The notes beneath the pieces are model-generated. The model had not been told where the DNA came from. It did not search any database and saw nothing but the letters and a program-made list of their open reading frames with translations. The position numbers and the translations under genes are program-made. Below, piece after piece: positions 36,899-45,747 of a stretch of 64,000 bases of DNA (the first letter of the stretch is position 1; each line of letters starts with the position of its first letter). The stretch comes from Actinomycetales bacterium (GTDB taxonomy: Bacteria; Actinomycetota; Actinomycetes; Actinomycetales; CAVURS01): assembly GCA_045807245.1 (NCBI GenBank), contig JBJMHS010000011.1, positions 1 through 64,000 of the forward strand. Direction: 5' to 3'.

Positions 36899-37933
36899 TC
36901 AGGCGGCGACCTTGGCCCGGCTCCACTCGAGCAGGCGGTCGACCGGCCACGTGTTGACGACGCGGTCCTTCGGTACGCCGACCTCGACCGCCCGGGCGCA
37001 GCCGTACCACTGCCAGTCCAGCTGGCCGGGTGCATGCGCATCGGTGTCGATCGAGAACAGACAGCCGACGTCCATGGCCATCCGCATCAGTTCGCGCGGC
37101 GGGTCGAGGCGGTGCGGGCTGCAGTTGATCTCGACCGCGACCTGATGCTCGGCGCAGGCGGCAAAGACCGCCTCGTGGTCGAACTGGCTCTGCGCCCGGG
37201 TCTTGCCCGTGTGTGAGCGCGGGGAGACGAGCCGACCGGTGCAGTGCCCCAGCACATTCATCCGCGACCCCGTGATGGCGGCCAGCATGCGCCGGGTCAT
37301 GGCTTTGCGTTCCATCGCGAGCTTCGAATGCACCGACGCCACAACGACATCGAGCCGGTCCAGCATCACTGGCTCCTGGTCCAGCCCGCCGTCCTCGAGG
37401 ATGTCAACCTCGATGCCGGACAGCAGCCGGAACTCGCCCAGCCGCTCGTCGACCGTCGCCACGAGCTTGAGCTGTTCCTTCAACCGGGCGGCGGTCAGGC
37501 CGTTGGCGACGGTGAGCCGCGGAGAGTGGTCGGTCAACGCGAGGTACTCGTGGCCGAGTTCGAGGGCGGCGACCGCCATCTCCTCCACCGGGCTGCCGCC
37601 GTCGCTCCAGGTCGAGTGCGAGTGCAGGTCGCCGCGCAGGGCGTCACGCATCGCCTCGCCACCGGCGACCAGCGGCCCGGCGGACTCCTCGAGCTTGACC
37701 AGGTACTCGGGAATCCGGCCGGCCAGCGCCTCCCGGACGACTCCCGCCGTACGGTTCCCGATCCCGCCGATCTCGGTGAGCGTCCCGTCGGCGGCCCGCC
37801 GGCGTACCTCGTCCTCACCCGTGGTCAGCAGGGCCGTGGCCGCGCCGCGGAAGGCCTGCACACGGTAGGTGTCCGCACCGGAGCGCTCGAGGAGAAAGGC
37901 GATCCGCCGCATGGCATCGACCGGCTCGATCAT
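36899..37933 (-). CDS. PHP-domain protein with N-terminal PolX-like HhH domain
   Basis: YRVQAFR, GIGNRT HhH; DLHSHSTWSDG, TDHS, HS, GHC, DTDAH. Confidence 0.9.
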   Translation of the reverse strand: MIEPVDAMRRIAFLLERSGADTYRVQAFRGAATALLTTGEDEVRRRAADGTLTEIGGIGNRTAGVVREALAGRIPEYLVKLEESAGPLVAGGEAMRDALRGDLHSHSTWSDGGSPVEEMAVAALELGHEYLALTDHSPRLTVANGLTAARLKEQLKLVATVDERLGEFRLLSGIEVDILEDGGLDQEPVMLDRLDVVVASVHSKLAMERKAMTRRMLAAITGSRMNVLGHCTGRLVSPRSHTGKTRAQSQFDHEAVFAACAEHQVAVEINCSPHRLDPPRELMRMAMDVGCLFSIDTDAHAPGQLDWQWYGCARAVEVGVPKDRVVNTWPVDRLLEWSRAKVAA

Positions 37934-38048
37934 GGGTCCAGTCTGTCCGACGCTCGCACGCTGAGCCGCTCGTCCCGCGTATCGGACAGCCGTCTCAGGT
38001 GCTGGACGGCTCTCGACCGAGGTTGAACGGTCACCTACCCTGTTCCTC

Positions 38049-38132
38049 GTGACCCATGTCCTGCCGTTCCTCGTTGGTCGACGCCACGTCGACCTCGGGC
38101 GCACGCGCAGCATGATGTGTCTTCCGGTCTGA
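38049..38132 (+). CDS. putative cis-regulatory leader peptide (27 aa, MTHVLPFLVGRRHVDLGRTRSMMCLPV)
   Basis: Manually read; RRHVDLxR..C motif; TACCCT -10 element 7 nt before GTG (leaderless); directly upstream of sulfite reductase. Confidence 0.7.
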   Translation: MTHVLPFLVGRRHVDLGRTRSMMCLPV

Positions 38133-38253
38133 CGCCAGCCCGCGAGCACTTTCCCCCGGGCGCGTGACGTCGCCCGGCCAGGGTCACCAACCCTCTCCTC
38201 GGTCTTCGTAGCGCGCCGCGCGGGAACCCACCCCGCCCAGGAGCGAACCCCCG

Positions 38254-39957
38254 ATGACCAGCACACCCACTCGTACGCCGAGTGGCTCGCGCGCGCACTC
38301 GACGCCGGGCCGCGCGGGCAACGGGCAGTGGGCGATGGGCTACCGCGAGCCGCTCAACTCCAACGAGCAGGTCAAGAAGGACGACAACCCGCTCAACGTC
38401 CGGGCCCGGATCGAGAACATCTACGCCCATCGCGGGTTCCAGAGCATCGACCCGAACGACCTGCGCGGCCGGTTCCGCTGGTTCGGCCTCTACACGCAGC
38501 GGAGACCGGGCATCGACGGCGGCCGGACGGCAGTCCTCGAGCCGCACGAGCTGGACGACGAGTACTTCATGCTGCGGATCCGCATCGACGGCGGGGCCCT
38601 GACGACGCAGCAGCTGCGGGTCATCGGTGACATCTCCGCGGCGTACGCGCGCGGTTCGGCCGACCTGACCGACCGGCAGAACATCCAGCTGCACTGGATC
38701 CGGATCGAGGATGTGCCGGCGGTCTGGAAGGCGCTGGAGTCCGTCGGCCTCGACACGACCGAGGCGTGCGGCGACTGCCCCCGTGTCGTCTTGGGCAGCC
38801 CCGTTGCCGGCATCGCCGCCGACGAGATCGTCGACCCCCTCGAGCCGATCGCCGCGATCAAGCGGCGGTTCATCGGCTCCCCCGAGTTCGCGAACCTGCC
38901 GCGCAAGTTCAAGACCGCAGTGAGTGGCCGCGGCGGCAACGACGTCGTGCACGAGCTCAACGACGTGTCCTTCGTCGGCGTCGAGCACCCCGAGCTCGGC
39001 CCGGGATTCGACCTCTGGGTCGGCGGCGGTCTCTCGACGAACCCGCGGCTGGCCGAGCGCCTCGGTGTGTGGGTGGCCGCGGAGGAGGTGCCGGACGTCT
39101 GGGCCGGTGTCGTGTCCGTCTTCCGGGACTACGGCTACCGCCGGCTGCGGCACCGCGCCCGGCTGAAGTTCCTCATCGCCGACTGGGGCGTCGAGAAGTT
39201 CCGCGAGGTGCTGGAGAAGGAGTACCTCGGCCGCGCGCTCCCCGACGGTCCGGCTCCCGAGGTGTCCGCCGACCCGGGTGACGGCGTGGGTGTGCACGCG
39301 CAGAAGGACGGCCGGTTCTACGTCGGCGTCGCGCCCACCGTGGGCCGGGTGGACGGCGACCAGCTGCGCCGCATCGCGGACGTCGTCGAGGCGCATGGTT
39401 CGCACCGCGTGCGGCTGACTCCGCACCAGAAGCTGTTGGTGCTCGACCTGGGTCAGGAGGACGTCGAGTCCCTGATCGTGTCCCTGGACGACATCGGGCT
39501 GAGCGCCCGGCCGAGCGTGTTCCGCCGGAACACCATGGCCTGCACGGGGATCGAGTTCTGCAAGCTGGCGATCGTCGAGACCAAAGGCCTGGCCGCGTCG
39601 ACGGTGACCGAGCTGGAGCACCGGCTCGCGGACGTCGTCGACCAGATCGACGTACCGATCACGTTGCACGTCAACGGATGCCCGAACTCGTGCGCTCGCA
39701 TCCAGACCGCCGACATCGGGCTGAAGGGTCAGATCGTGACCGTGGACGGCGAGCAGGTCGAGGGCTTCCAGGTGCACCTCGGCGGCGGCATCGGCCTGGA
39801 CGCCGGGTTCGGCCGCAAGGTGCGAGGCCTGAAGGTGACGTCAGCCGGGCTGCCGGAGTACGTCGAGCGCGTCGTACGCCGGTTCGTCGCCGACCGCGAG
39901 CCGGGTGAGCGGTTCGCGACGTGGGCCGGTCGCGCGGACGAGGGGGCCCTGGCATGA
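38254..39957 (+). CDS. sirA: ferredoxin-dependent sulfite/nitrite reductase
   Basis: GLYTQR, TDRQNIQLH, NLPRKFK, CTGIEFC and GCPNSC siroheme/4Fe-4S Cys motifs; cys operon context. Confidence 0.93.
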   Translation: MTSTPTRTPSGSRAHSTPGRAGNGQWAMGYREPLNSNEQVKKDDNPLNVRARIENIYAHRGFQSIDPNDLRGRFRWFGLYTQRRPGIDGGRTAVLEPHELDDEYFMLRIRIDGGALTTQQLRVIGDISAAYARGSADLTDRQNIQLHWIRIEDVPAVWKALESVGLDTTEACGDCPRVVLGSPVAGIAADEIVDPLEPIAAIKRRFIGSPEFANLPRKFKTAVSGRGGNDVVHELNDVSFVGVEHPELGPGFDLWVGGGLSTNPRLAERLGVWVAAEEVPDVWAGVVSVFRDYGYRRLRHRARLKFLIADWGVEKFREVLEKEYLGRALPDGPAPEVSADPGDGVGVHAQKDGRFYVGVAPTVGRVDGDQLRRIADVVEAHGSHRVRLTPHQKLLVLDLGQEDVESLIVSLDDIGLSARPSVFRRNTMACTGIEFCKLAIVETKGLAASTVTELEHRLADVVDQIDVPITLHVNGCPNSCARIQTADIGLKGQIVTVDGEQVEGFQVHLGGGIGLDAGFGRKVRGLKVTSAGLPEYVERVVRRFVADREPGERFATWAGRADEGALA

Positions 39958-40121
39958 GCGAGAGCCGTTCGCCCGTCATGCACTGCCCGTACTGCGCGGA
40001 GGAGGACCTCCGGCCGACCGAGGACAGCCATGGTTCGTGGCTGTGTACGGCCTGTCGCCGCGTCTTCGCCGTCCGCCTCATCGGCATCTCGCCCGTCCCC
40101 ACCCTTGGGAGCCTGTCGTGA
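39954..40121 (+). CDS. small zinc-ribbon protein
   Basis: CPYC..EDLRP..WLCTAC; overlaps sirA (ATGA) and cysH (GTGA). Confidence 0.8.
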   Translation: MSESRSPVMHCPYCAEEDLRPTEDSHGSWLCTACRRVFAVRLIGISPVPTLGSLS

Positions 40122-40822
40122 CCTGCTTCGCCACCGTTGACATCGACCTCGAGTCGCTGGCCGAACGCGCCGGCCGCGAGCTCGAGTTCGCCCCCGCCGA
40201 GGAGATCGTGCGTTGGGCCGCCGCCATGTTCGGCCACCGCCTCGCCGTCGCCGCATCCATGCAGGACTCGACGCTGTCCCACCTGGTCGGCACCGTGCTG
40301 CCGGGCGTCGACGTGCTGTTCCTGGACACGGGTTACCACTTCCCCGAGACGCTGCAGACCCGCGACCGGGTCTCCCGGCTCCTGCCCGTCACCGTCGTCA
40401 ACGTGACGCCGCGCCAGAGCGTGGCCGAGCAGGACGCCGAGTTCGGGCCGCGGCTGCACGAGCGGGACCCGGACCTGTGCTGCTACCTGCGCAAGGTGGA
40501 CCCGTTGGCCACGGCTCTGGAGGGGTACGACGCGTGGGTCAGCGGCCTGCGCCGGGTCGAGGCGCCGTCGCGGGCGAACGCGCCGGTCGTCGGGTGGGAC
40601 GCCACGCACAGCAAGGTCAAGGTCAACCCGATCGCCCGCTGGACCGACGAGGACGTCGCGCGCTACCAGGTCGAGAACGGCCTGCCCCGGCACCCGCTCA
40701 TCGCGCAGGGCTACCCCTCGATCGGCTGCGAGCCCTGCACGCGGCGCGTCGCCCCGGGCCAGGACCCGCGGTCCGGCCGCTGGTCCGGCCAGGGCAAGAC
40801 CGAGTGCGGCATCCACGCATGA
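40118..40822 (+). CDS. cysH: (phospho)adenylyl-sulfate reductase
   Basis: LDTGYHFPET, CCxxRKVxPL, GYPSIGCEPCT, KTECGIH. Confidence 0.95.
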   Translation: MTCFATVDIDLESLAERAGRELEFAPAEEIVRWAAAMFGHRLAVAASMQDSTLSHLVGTVLPGVDVLFLDTGYHFPETLQTRDRVSRLLPVTVVNVTPRQSVAEQDAEFGPRLHERDPDLCCYLRKVDPLATALEGYDAWVSGLRRVEAPSRANAPVVGWDATHSKVKVNPIARWTDEDVARYQVENGLPRHPLIAQGYPSIGCEPCTRRVAPGQDPRSGRWSGQGKTECGIHA

Positions 40823-41583
40823 GCGACGCGGTGCTGCTGGTCGCGCACGGCAGCCGGGACCCGCGGGCTGCGGCGACGGTCACGGGGCTGGTCGCAGCGG
40901 TGCGGGGCCGGCTGCGGGCACGGCCGGGCAACGAGGCTGGCCGCGCCCTGGTCCGGGTCGCCTACCTCGACTTCACCGAGCCGTCGGTCGGCCAGGCGCT
41001 GACCGAGCTCGCGGCTGATGGTGCGAGCCAAATCCGTGTCGTACCAATGCTTTTCACGCCTGGTTATCACCTGCAGGTCGACCTGCCGTCGGCAGTGGCC
41101 GAAGTTCGAGCCGGCCTGCCGTGGCTCCAGGTCAGCGTCGCCGAGCCGTTGGGGGTTGCGCCCGAGGCCGGCCAGCCCGACCTCCTGCTGGATGCCTTGG
41201 AGGAACGGCTTCGAGCCACGAACCGTCCGTACGGCGCGGTGGTCCTCGCGTCGGCGGGTTCGTCCGATCCCGAGGCGCGCCGCGCCGTCGAGGAGGTGGC
41301 CGCGCGCTGGGCAGAGCGCAGCGGGCGGCCCGTTGTCCCGGCCTTCGCGACCGCGGTCGGTCCTCGGGTCGACGAGGCGGTGCACGGCCTGACGGGCCGC
41401 GGCTATGACCGAGTGGCGGTGAGCGGGCTGTTCATCGCGCCGGGCCGCCTGCCGGAGATGACCCGTCGTACCGCGGTCGCGGCCGGGGCAGCTGCGGTCG
41501 CCGAGCCGCTGGGACCCGACCCGTCGCTGGTTCGCCTGCTGACGTCACGCGGGACGTCCGTCCGGACGCTGGCTGCTCGCTGA
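40819..41583 (+). CDS. sirohydrochlorin chelatase (CbiX/SirB family)
   Basis: LVAHGSRDP, AYLDF..PS, PGYH..DLP. Confidence 0.88.
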   Translation: MSDAVLLVAHGSRDPRAAATVTGLVAAVRGRLRARPGNEAGRALVRVAYLDFTEPSVGQALTELAADGASQIRVVPMLFTPGYHLQVDLPSAVAEVRAGLPWLQVSVAEPLGVAPEAGQPDLLLDALEERLRATNRPYGAVVLASAGSSDPEARRAVEEVAARWAERSGRPVVPAFATAVGPRVDEAVHGLTGRGYDRVAVSGLFIAPGRLPEMTRRTAVAAGAAAVAEPLGPDPSLVRLLTSRGTSVRTLAAR

Positions 41584-41594
41584 GCTGAAGGTGG

Positions 41595-43025
41595 TCAGTG
41601 ACTGCGGCTCGGCTTGGTGCCGAACCGCTTGCCGCCGTTGGCTTTCGGGCCGCCCGAGCGGCGCGGGCCGCCTTCGGTACGGCGCGGGCCGCCTTCGGTA
41701 CGGCGCGGTCCACCTTCGGTACGGCGCGGTCCACCGTCGCGGCGGGGGCCGCCGGAACGGAACGGCCGGGCCGAACCAGAGCCACGCGGGGCGGCCGTCA
41801 GTAGGCGTACGGCCTCGTCGGTGACGGGCGCCGCGTCGAGGCGACGAGCTCCCGTCGCCTGCTGCAGAGCCTGGTCGCCGGGACGCGCCGCCGTGGCCTT
41901 GACGTCGACACCGGCCTGCGCGGTCAAGCGCTCCACGGCGCGTCGCTGGTGCGGAAGGGCAAGGGTCACAACGGTTCCGCGGCCACCGGCTCGGGCTGTG
42001 CGGCCGGCCCGGTGCAGGTAGTCCTTGTGGTCCTGCGGTGGGTCGACCTGGAGGACGAGGCCCACGTCGTCGACGTGGATGCCGCGGGCGGCGACGTCGG
42101 TCGCGACCAGCACCGGCAGCGTGCCGGCGCGGAAGGCGTTGAGGACGCCGTTGCGGGCGCCCTGGGTCAGCCCACCGTGGAGGGCGGCCGCGGCGACCCC
42201 GCGCCCGCGGAGCTGGCCGGCGACGCGGTCGGCGCCGAGCTTGGTCCGGACGAACACGACCGTCCGGCCCTCGCGGGCGGCGATCTCAGCGGTGACTCCG
42301 GCCTTGTGGTTCGGCTCGACGTGCAGCACGTGGTGGTTCATCGTCGTGACGGTTGCCTGACCGGACTCGGTCGCATGGGTGACCGGGTCGATCAGATAGC
42401 GCGCGACGATGCCGTCGACGCCGCGGTCCAGCGTCGCGGAGAACAGCAGCCGCTGGCCGCCCGCCGGGATCAGGTCGAGGATGGCGGTGATCGCCGGCAG
42501 GAAGCCCATGTCGGCCATGTGGTCCGCCTCGTCGAGGACCACCACGCTGACGTCGCGCAGGTCGCAGGAACCGCGCTCGATGAGGTCGGTGAGCCGGCCG
42601 GGCGTCGCGATCACGAGCTCCGTCCCGCGCTCGAGGCCGCTGATCTGCTTGCTGTACGGCATTCCGCCGACGACCAAGCGGGTGTGCACGCCGACCGTCT
42701 GGGCCAGCGGCATGAGCGCGTCGTGGACCTGCATGGCGAGCTCGCGGGTCGGGACCAGCACGATCGCCAACGGGCGACGCGGCTTGGCCTTGCGACCGGT
42801 CAGCCGGCTGAGCATCGGCAGCCCGAAGGCCAGCGTCTTGCCGGATCCGGTCTGGCCGCGGCCGAGGACGTCCCGGCCGGCCAGCGCGTCGGGGATGGCC
42901 GCGGCTTGGATGGGGAACGGCTCGTCGATGCCGTCCCGGCGCAGTCGCTGGACGAGCACGTCCGGCAGGCCGAGCGCGGCAAAGGTCAAGCCCGGGCGCA
43001 CGCCCGGGTAGGTGGGGGAGGACAC
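41595..43025 (-). CDS. DEAD/DEAH-box RNA helicase
   Basis: Q motif PFPIQ, GQTGSGKT, PTRELA, DEAD, SAT, ARGI, HRAGRTAR. Confidence 0.96.
   Translation of the reverse strand: MSSPTYPGVRPGLTFAALGLPDVLVQRLRRDGIDEPFPIQAAAIPDALAGRDVLGRGQTGSGKTLAFGLPMLSRLTGRKAKPRRPLAIVLVPTRELAMQVHDALMPLAQTVGVHTRLVVGGMPYSKQISGLERGTELVIATPGRLTDLIERGSCDLRDVSVVVLDEADHMADMGFLPAITAILDLIPAGGQRLLFSATLDRGVDGIVARYLIDPVTHATESGQATVTTMNHHVLHVEPNHKAGVTAEIAAREGRTVVFVRTKLGADRVAGQLRGRGVAAAALHGGLTQGARNGVLNAFRAGTLPVLVATDVAARGIHVDDVGLVLQVDPPQDHKDYLHRAGRTARAGGRGTVVTLALPHQRRAVERLTAQAGVDVKATAARPGDQALQQATGARRLDAAPVTDEAVRLLTAAPRGSGSARPFRSGGPRRDGGPRRTEGGPRRTEGGPRRTEGGPRRSGGPKANGGKRFGTKPSRSH
41661..41745 (-). repeat. 21-bp coding tandem repeat (GGPRRTE) in helicase tail
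   Basis: GGCGCGGGCCGCCTTCGGTAC-type units. Confidence 0.85.
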
Positions 43026-43193
43026 AGCTCTCTCGTTTCTTCGGTTGTTACGGGTACGTCGTCGAGCCAAGGTCATCGGCATCGAGACGTGCTTCACCGT
43101 CAACCAAGAGCACCACTTCGGTGGGAGCCGCAGAGCTCGAAAGGGAGCCGCGGACAGTGCCCAGGCTATCAGTCGCGCCGTACTCTCCAGACC

Positions 43194-44009
43194 ATGAGCG
43201 ACGCGGGCGATCTCACAGCCGTCCTGAGCGCGATGGACCACACCTGGGGTTCGATCATCGCGCTGGCCGTCTCACTGCGGCCCGAGGAGCTCGCACTGCC
43301 GACCCGCTGTCCAGGCTGGGACGTGCACGACCAGCTCGCCCACATCGCGTCGCTGGAGCGGCAGCTGGCCGGCGGCGAGCTCCCACCCGAGGCACCCCCG
43401 GCGCCGTACATCCGCAACCCGGTGGGCGCTCGGATGGAACGCGGTGTCCATGCGATGCGGGGCTGGCCGGCGGAGCGCCTGGTGGACGAGCTGCGGTTGG
43501 CCATCGAGGCCAGAAGGATTGCGCTGCAGGCAAACCCACCCCGCTCTGGGGACACACTGACCGGCGTGATGGGCAACCCGGTGCCGGCCGAGAGGTCACT
43601 GCCGATCCGGGTCTTCGATCTGTGGATCCACGAGCAGGACGTGCGGGTCGCCACCGGTCGGCCGGGCAACGAGGCCGGCCCTGGTGCGCACGTCGGACGC
43701 GACTGCATCCTCGGCATGATCCCCCTGTACTGGGCCAAGAACGCTGGTGCCGCTCCCGGCCAGACCTTCCAGCTGCGAGTCACCGGCGCCTTGCCGTTCG
43801 AGCGCACCGTGGTCGTGGATGCGGAGGGCCGGGCGTCGTACGCGGGCAGCGGTCCGGCTCCGGTGCCGGTCGCCGCCCTCGAGCTGGACTGGCTGGATCT
43901 CGCCGCGCGCGCGAACGGCCGCACGGGCGCCGACCAGACACCGGTACACATAGAGGGTGACCGGGCGATGGCGACCGCGATGGTCGAGGCCCTGCCCATG
44001 TCGCCGTGA
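43194..44009 (+). CDS. mycothiol-dependent maleylpyruvate isomerase-family (DinB-like) protein
   Basis: PTRCPGWDVHDQLAH, RVFDLWIHEQDVR. Confidence 0.9.
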   Translation: MSDAGDLTAVLSAMDHTWGSIIALAVSLRPEELALPTRCPGWDVHDQLAHIASLERQLAGGELPPEAPPAPYIRNPVGARMERGVHAMRGWPAERLVDELRLAIEARRIALQANPPRSGDTLTGVMGNPVPAERSLPIRVFDLWIHEQDVRVATGRPGNEAGPGAHVGRDCILGMIPLYWAKNAGAAPGQTFQLRVTGALPFERTVVVDAEGRASYAGSGPAPVPVAALELDWLDLAARANGRTGADQTPVHIEGDRAMATAMVEALPMSP

Positions 44010-45034
44010 CGTCGGAGCTCGAGCGCGCGCGCGGCGCCCTCGTCGGCCTGGCGATCGGCGACGCGCTGGGTATGCCGACCGAAGGGCTGCCGTTCGAGAC
44101 GGTGCGTAGGCGGTACGGCGTCCTGGCCGGCTTCGAGCCGTCGCCGCCGGACAACCCGACCCGATCCGGCCGGGCAGCGGGGCGCGTCACCGATGACACC
44201 GACCAGGCCGTCATCGTCGGCCGGCTGCTGGTCGCGGGCCACGGCCGGCTGGACCCGGTTGACCTGGCGCACGAGCTGCTCGCCTGGGAGGCGCGGATGC
44301 GCGCGGAGGGCTCCCTCGACCTGCTCGGCCCATCGACGCGGGGGGCGCTGGCCCGCCTCGCAGACGGCGTCCCGCCGGAGGAGAGCGGGCGGGAGGGACA
44401 CACGAACGGCGCGGCGATGCGCATCGCCCCCGTGGGCATCTGCTGCGCCGTCGGCCGGGAGACCGCCGGACCCAGCCGGCTGGCCGAGCTCGTCGACCGG
44501 GTCGCACTGGTCTCTCGAGCCACGCACGACACGGGACTGGCCATCTCGGGCGCCTCGGCCGTCGCCGCAGCCGTGAGTGCCGGGGTCGCCGGTGCCGGCG
44601 TCGAAGAGGCGGTCCGCGTCGCCGTCGAGGCAGCGCGGATCGGCGCGTCGTACGGCGCTTTCGTGGCGGGCGCGGATGTCGGAACGCGCGCCGCCTGGGC
44701 GGTCGAGCTCGTCGCCGGCCGGCGCCCGGCCGATGCCCGCGAGACCATTGCCACGTTGGTGGGGACGAGCGTCGCGACGCAGGAGTCCGTGCCGGCGGCT
44801 CTCGCCCTGGCCTCGCTGATGGTCGAGGACGACCCGTGGCCCGTGGTGCGCGCCGCCGCAAGTCTCGGTGGCGACAGCGACACGATCGCGGCGATGGCGG
44901 GCGCGATCTGTGGCGCCGTTGCGGGAGCGGGCGCGTTCCCCGAGGCAGTGCGCGAGGGGCTGGCGGCGGCTAACCCCGGCCTTGGCCTCGCAGAGCTGGC
45001 CGACGCGCTCGTTGCTGTACGCCACGGCCGGTGA
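44006..45034 (+). CDS. ADP-ribosylglycohydrolase family protein
   Basis: GDALGMP, TDDT, TNGAAMR, GGDSDT. Confidence 0.93.
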   Translation: MTSELERARGALVGLAIGDALGMPTEGLPFETVRRRYGVLAGFEPSPPDNPTRSGRAAGRVTDDTDQAVIVGRLLVAGHGRLDPVDLAHELLAWEARMRAEGSLDLLGPSTRGALARLADGVPPEESGREGHTNGAAMRIAPVGICCAVGRETAGPSRLAELVDRVALVSRATHDTGLAISGASAVAAAVSAGVAGAGVEEAVRVAVEAARIGASYGAFVAGADVGTRAAWAVELVAGRRPADARETIATLVGTSVATQESVPAALALASLMVEDDPWPVVRAAASLGGDSDTIAAMAGAICGAVAGAGAFPEAVREGLAAANPGLGLAELADALVAVRHGR

Positions 45035-45695
45035 GCGAGTTGGCCCGCTGGTCGATCAGCCACAGCGCGGTGAGGACGACGCCGAGCAGCACCGTGATGA
45101 TGAGCGCGTTCAGCAACGCCCGCGGGTAGCCCAGATCACCGACGTCGACGAAGTGGTACGGGTACCAGTCGCTGACGGCCCCGTGCAGCAGCGTGTAGCC
45201 GAACCACAGGACCGGCCAGATCAGGCCGCCCAGGACCGTCGTGCTGTCGATGCGTCCGCGCGGTCCGAACACCAGCCAGGTCAACACCGTCGCGATCGGC
45301 ACGACGTAGTGGAAGGCGACGTCGCAGGCCAGTGCCCACCCATGCAGCTCCTGCGTGCCGGCGAGCGCGATGGAGTAGACGATGCCCGTGACCGCGATGC
45401 CCGCCAACGCGTCCAGCCGCACGATCCGCCACAGCAGTCCGGCCCGTTGCGGACGGATCACCAGCCCCCAGCTGGAGACTGCGACGAGGATGTTGCTCTG
45501 GATAGTGAAGTAGCTCAGCATGCGGACCACCCGGGTGCCCGTGGACACACCGTTGAGCCCGAGCGTCACGAACAGCTGGGCCACGAGGGCCGCCGTCGCG
45601 AAAGCGGCGAGGGGTAGGTAGACGGCTCGCAGCAGCATCGCGTGACGCTGTCGCGGGTCGGTCATGGAGCTCGGCGTCGAAGTGCCGAAGGGCAT
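44970..45695 (-). CDS. Pr6Pr-like membrane protein
   Basis: SYFTIQSN, VTGIVY, HYVVP, WYPYHF. Confidence 0.85.
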   Translation of the reverse strand: MPFGTSTPSSMTDPRQRHAMLLRAVYLPLAAFATAALVAQLFVTLGLNGVSTGTRVVRMLSYFTIQSNILVAVSSWGLVIRPQRAGLLWRIVRLDALAGIAVTGIVYSIALAGTQELHGWALACDVAFHYVVPIATVLTWLVFGPRGRIDSTTVLGGLIWPVLWFGYTLLHGAVSDWYPYHFVDVGDLGYPRALLNALIITVLLGVVLTALWLIDQRANSLTGRGVQQRARRPALRGQGRG

Positions 45696-45747
45696 GCGGC
45701 GATCCTCCTTGGTCGGCTTCGCACCAGACAACACATAAAGTCGGGGC

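Noticed and set aside
38133..38253. SAM riboswitch upstream of sirA
   Set aside because: Could not identify SAM-I/IV consensus elements by eye; the leader peptide explains the region better; an Rfam scan would settle it
38035..39777. 580-aa minus-strand ORF (likewise 43169-45025)
   Set aside because: Antisense shadows of well-supported genes in GC-rich DNA
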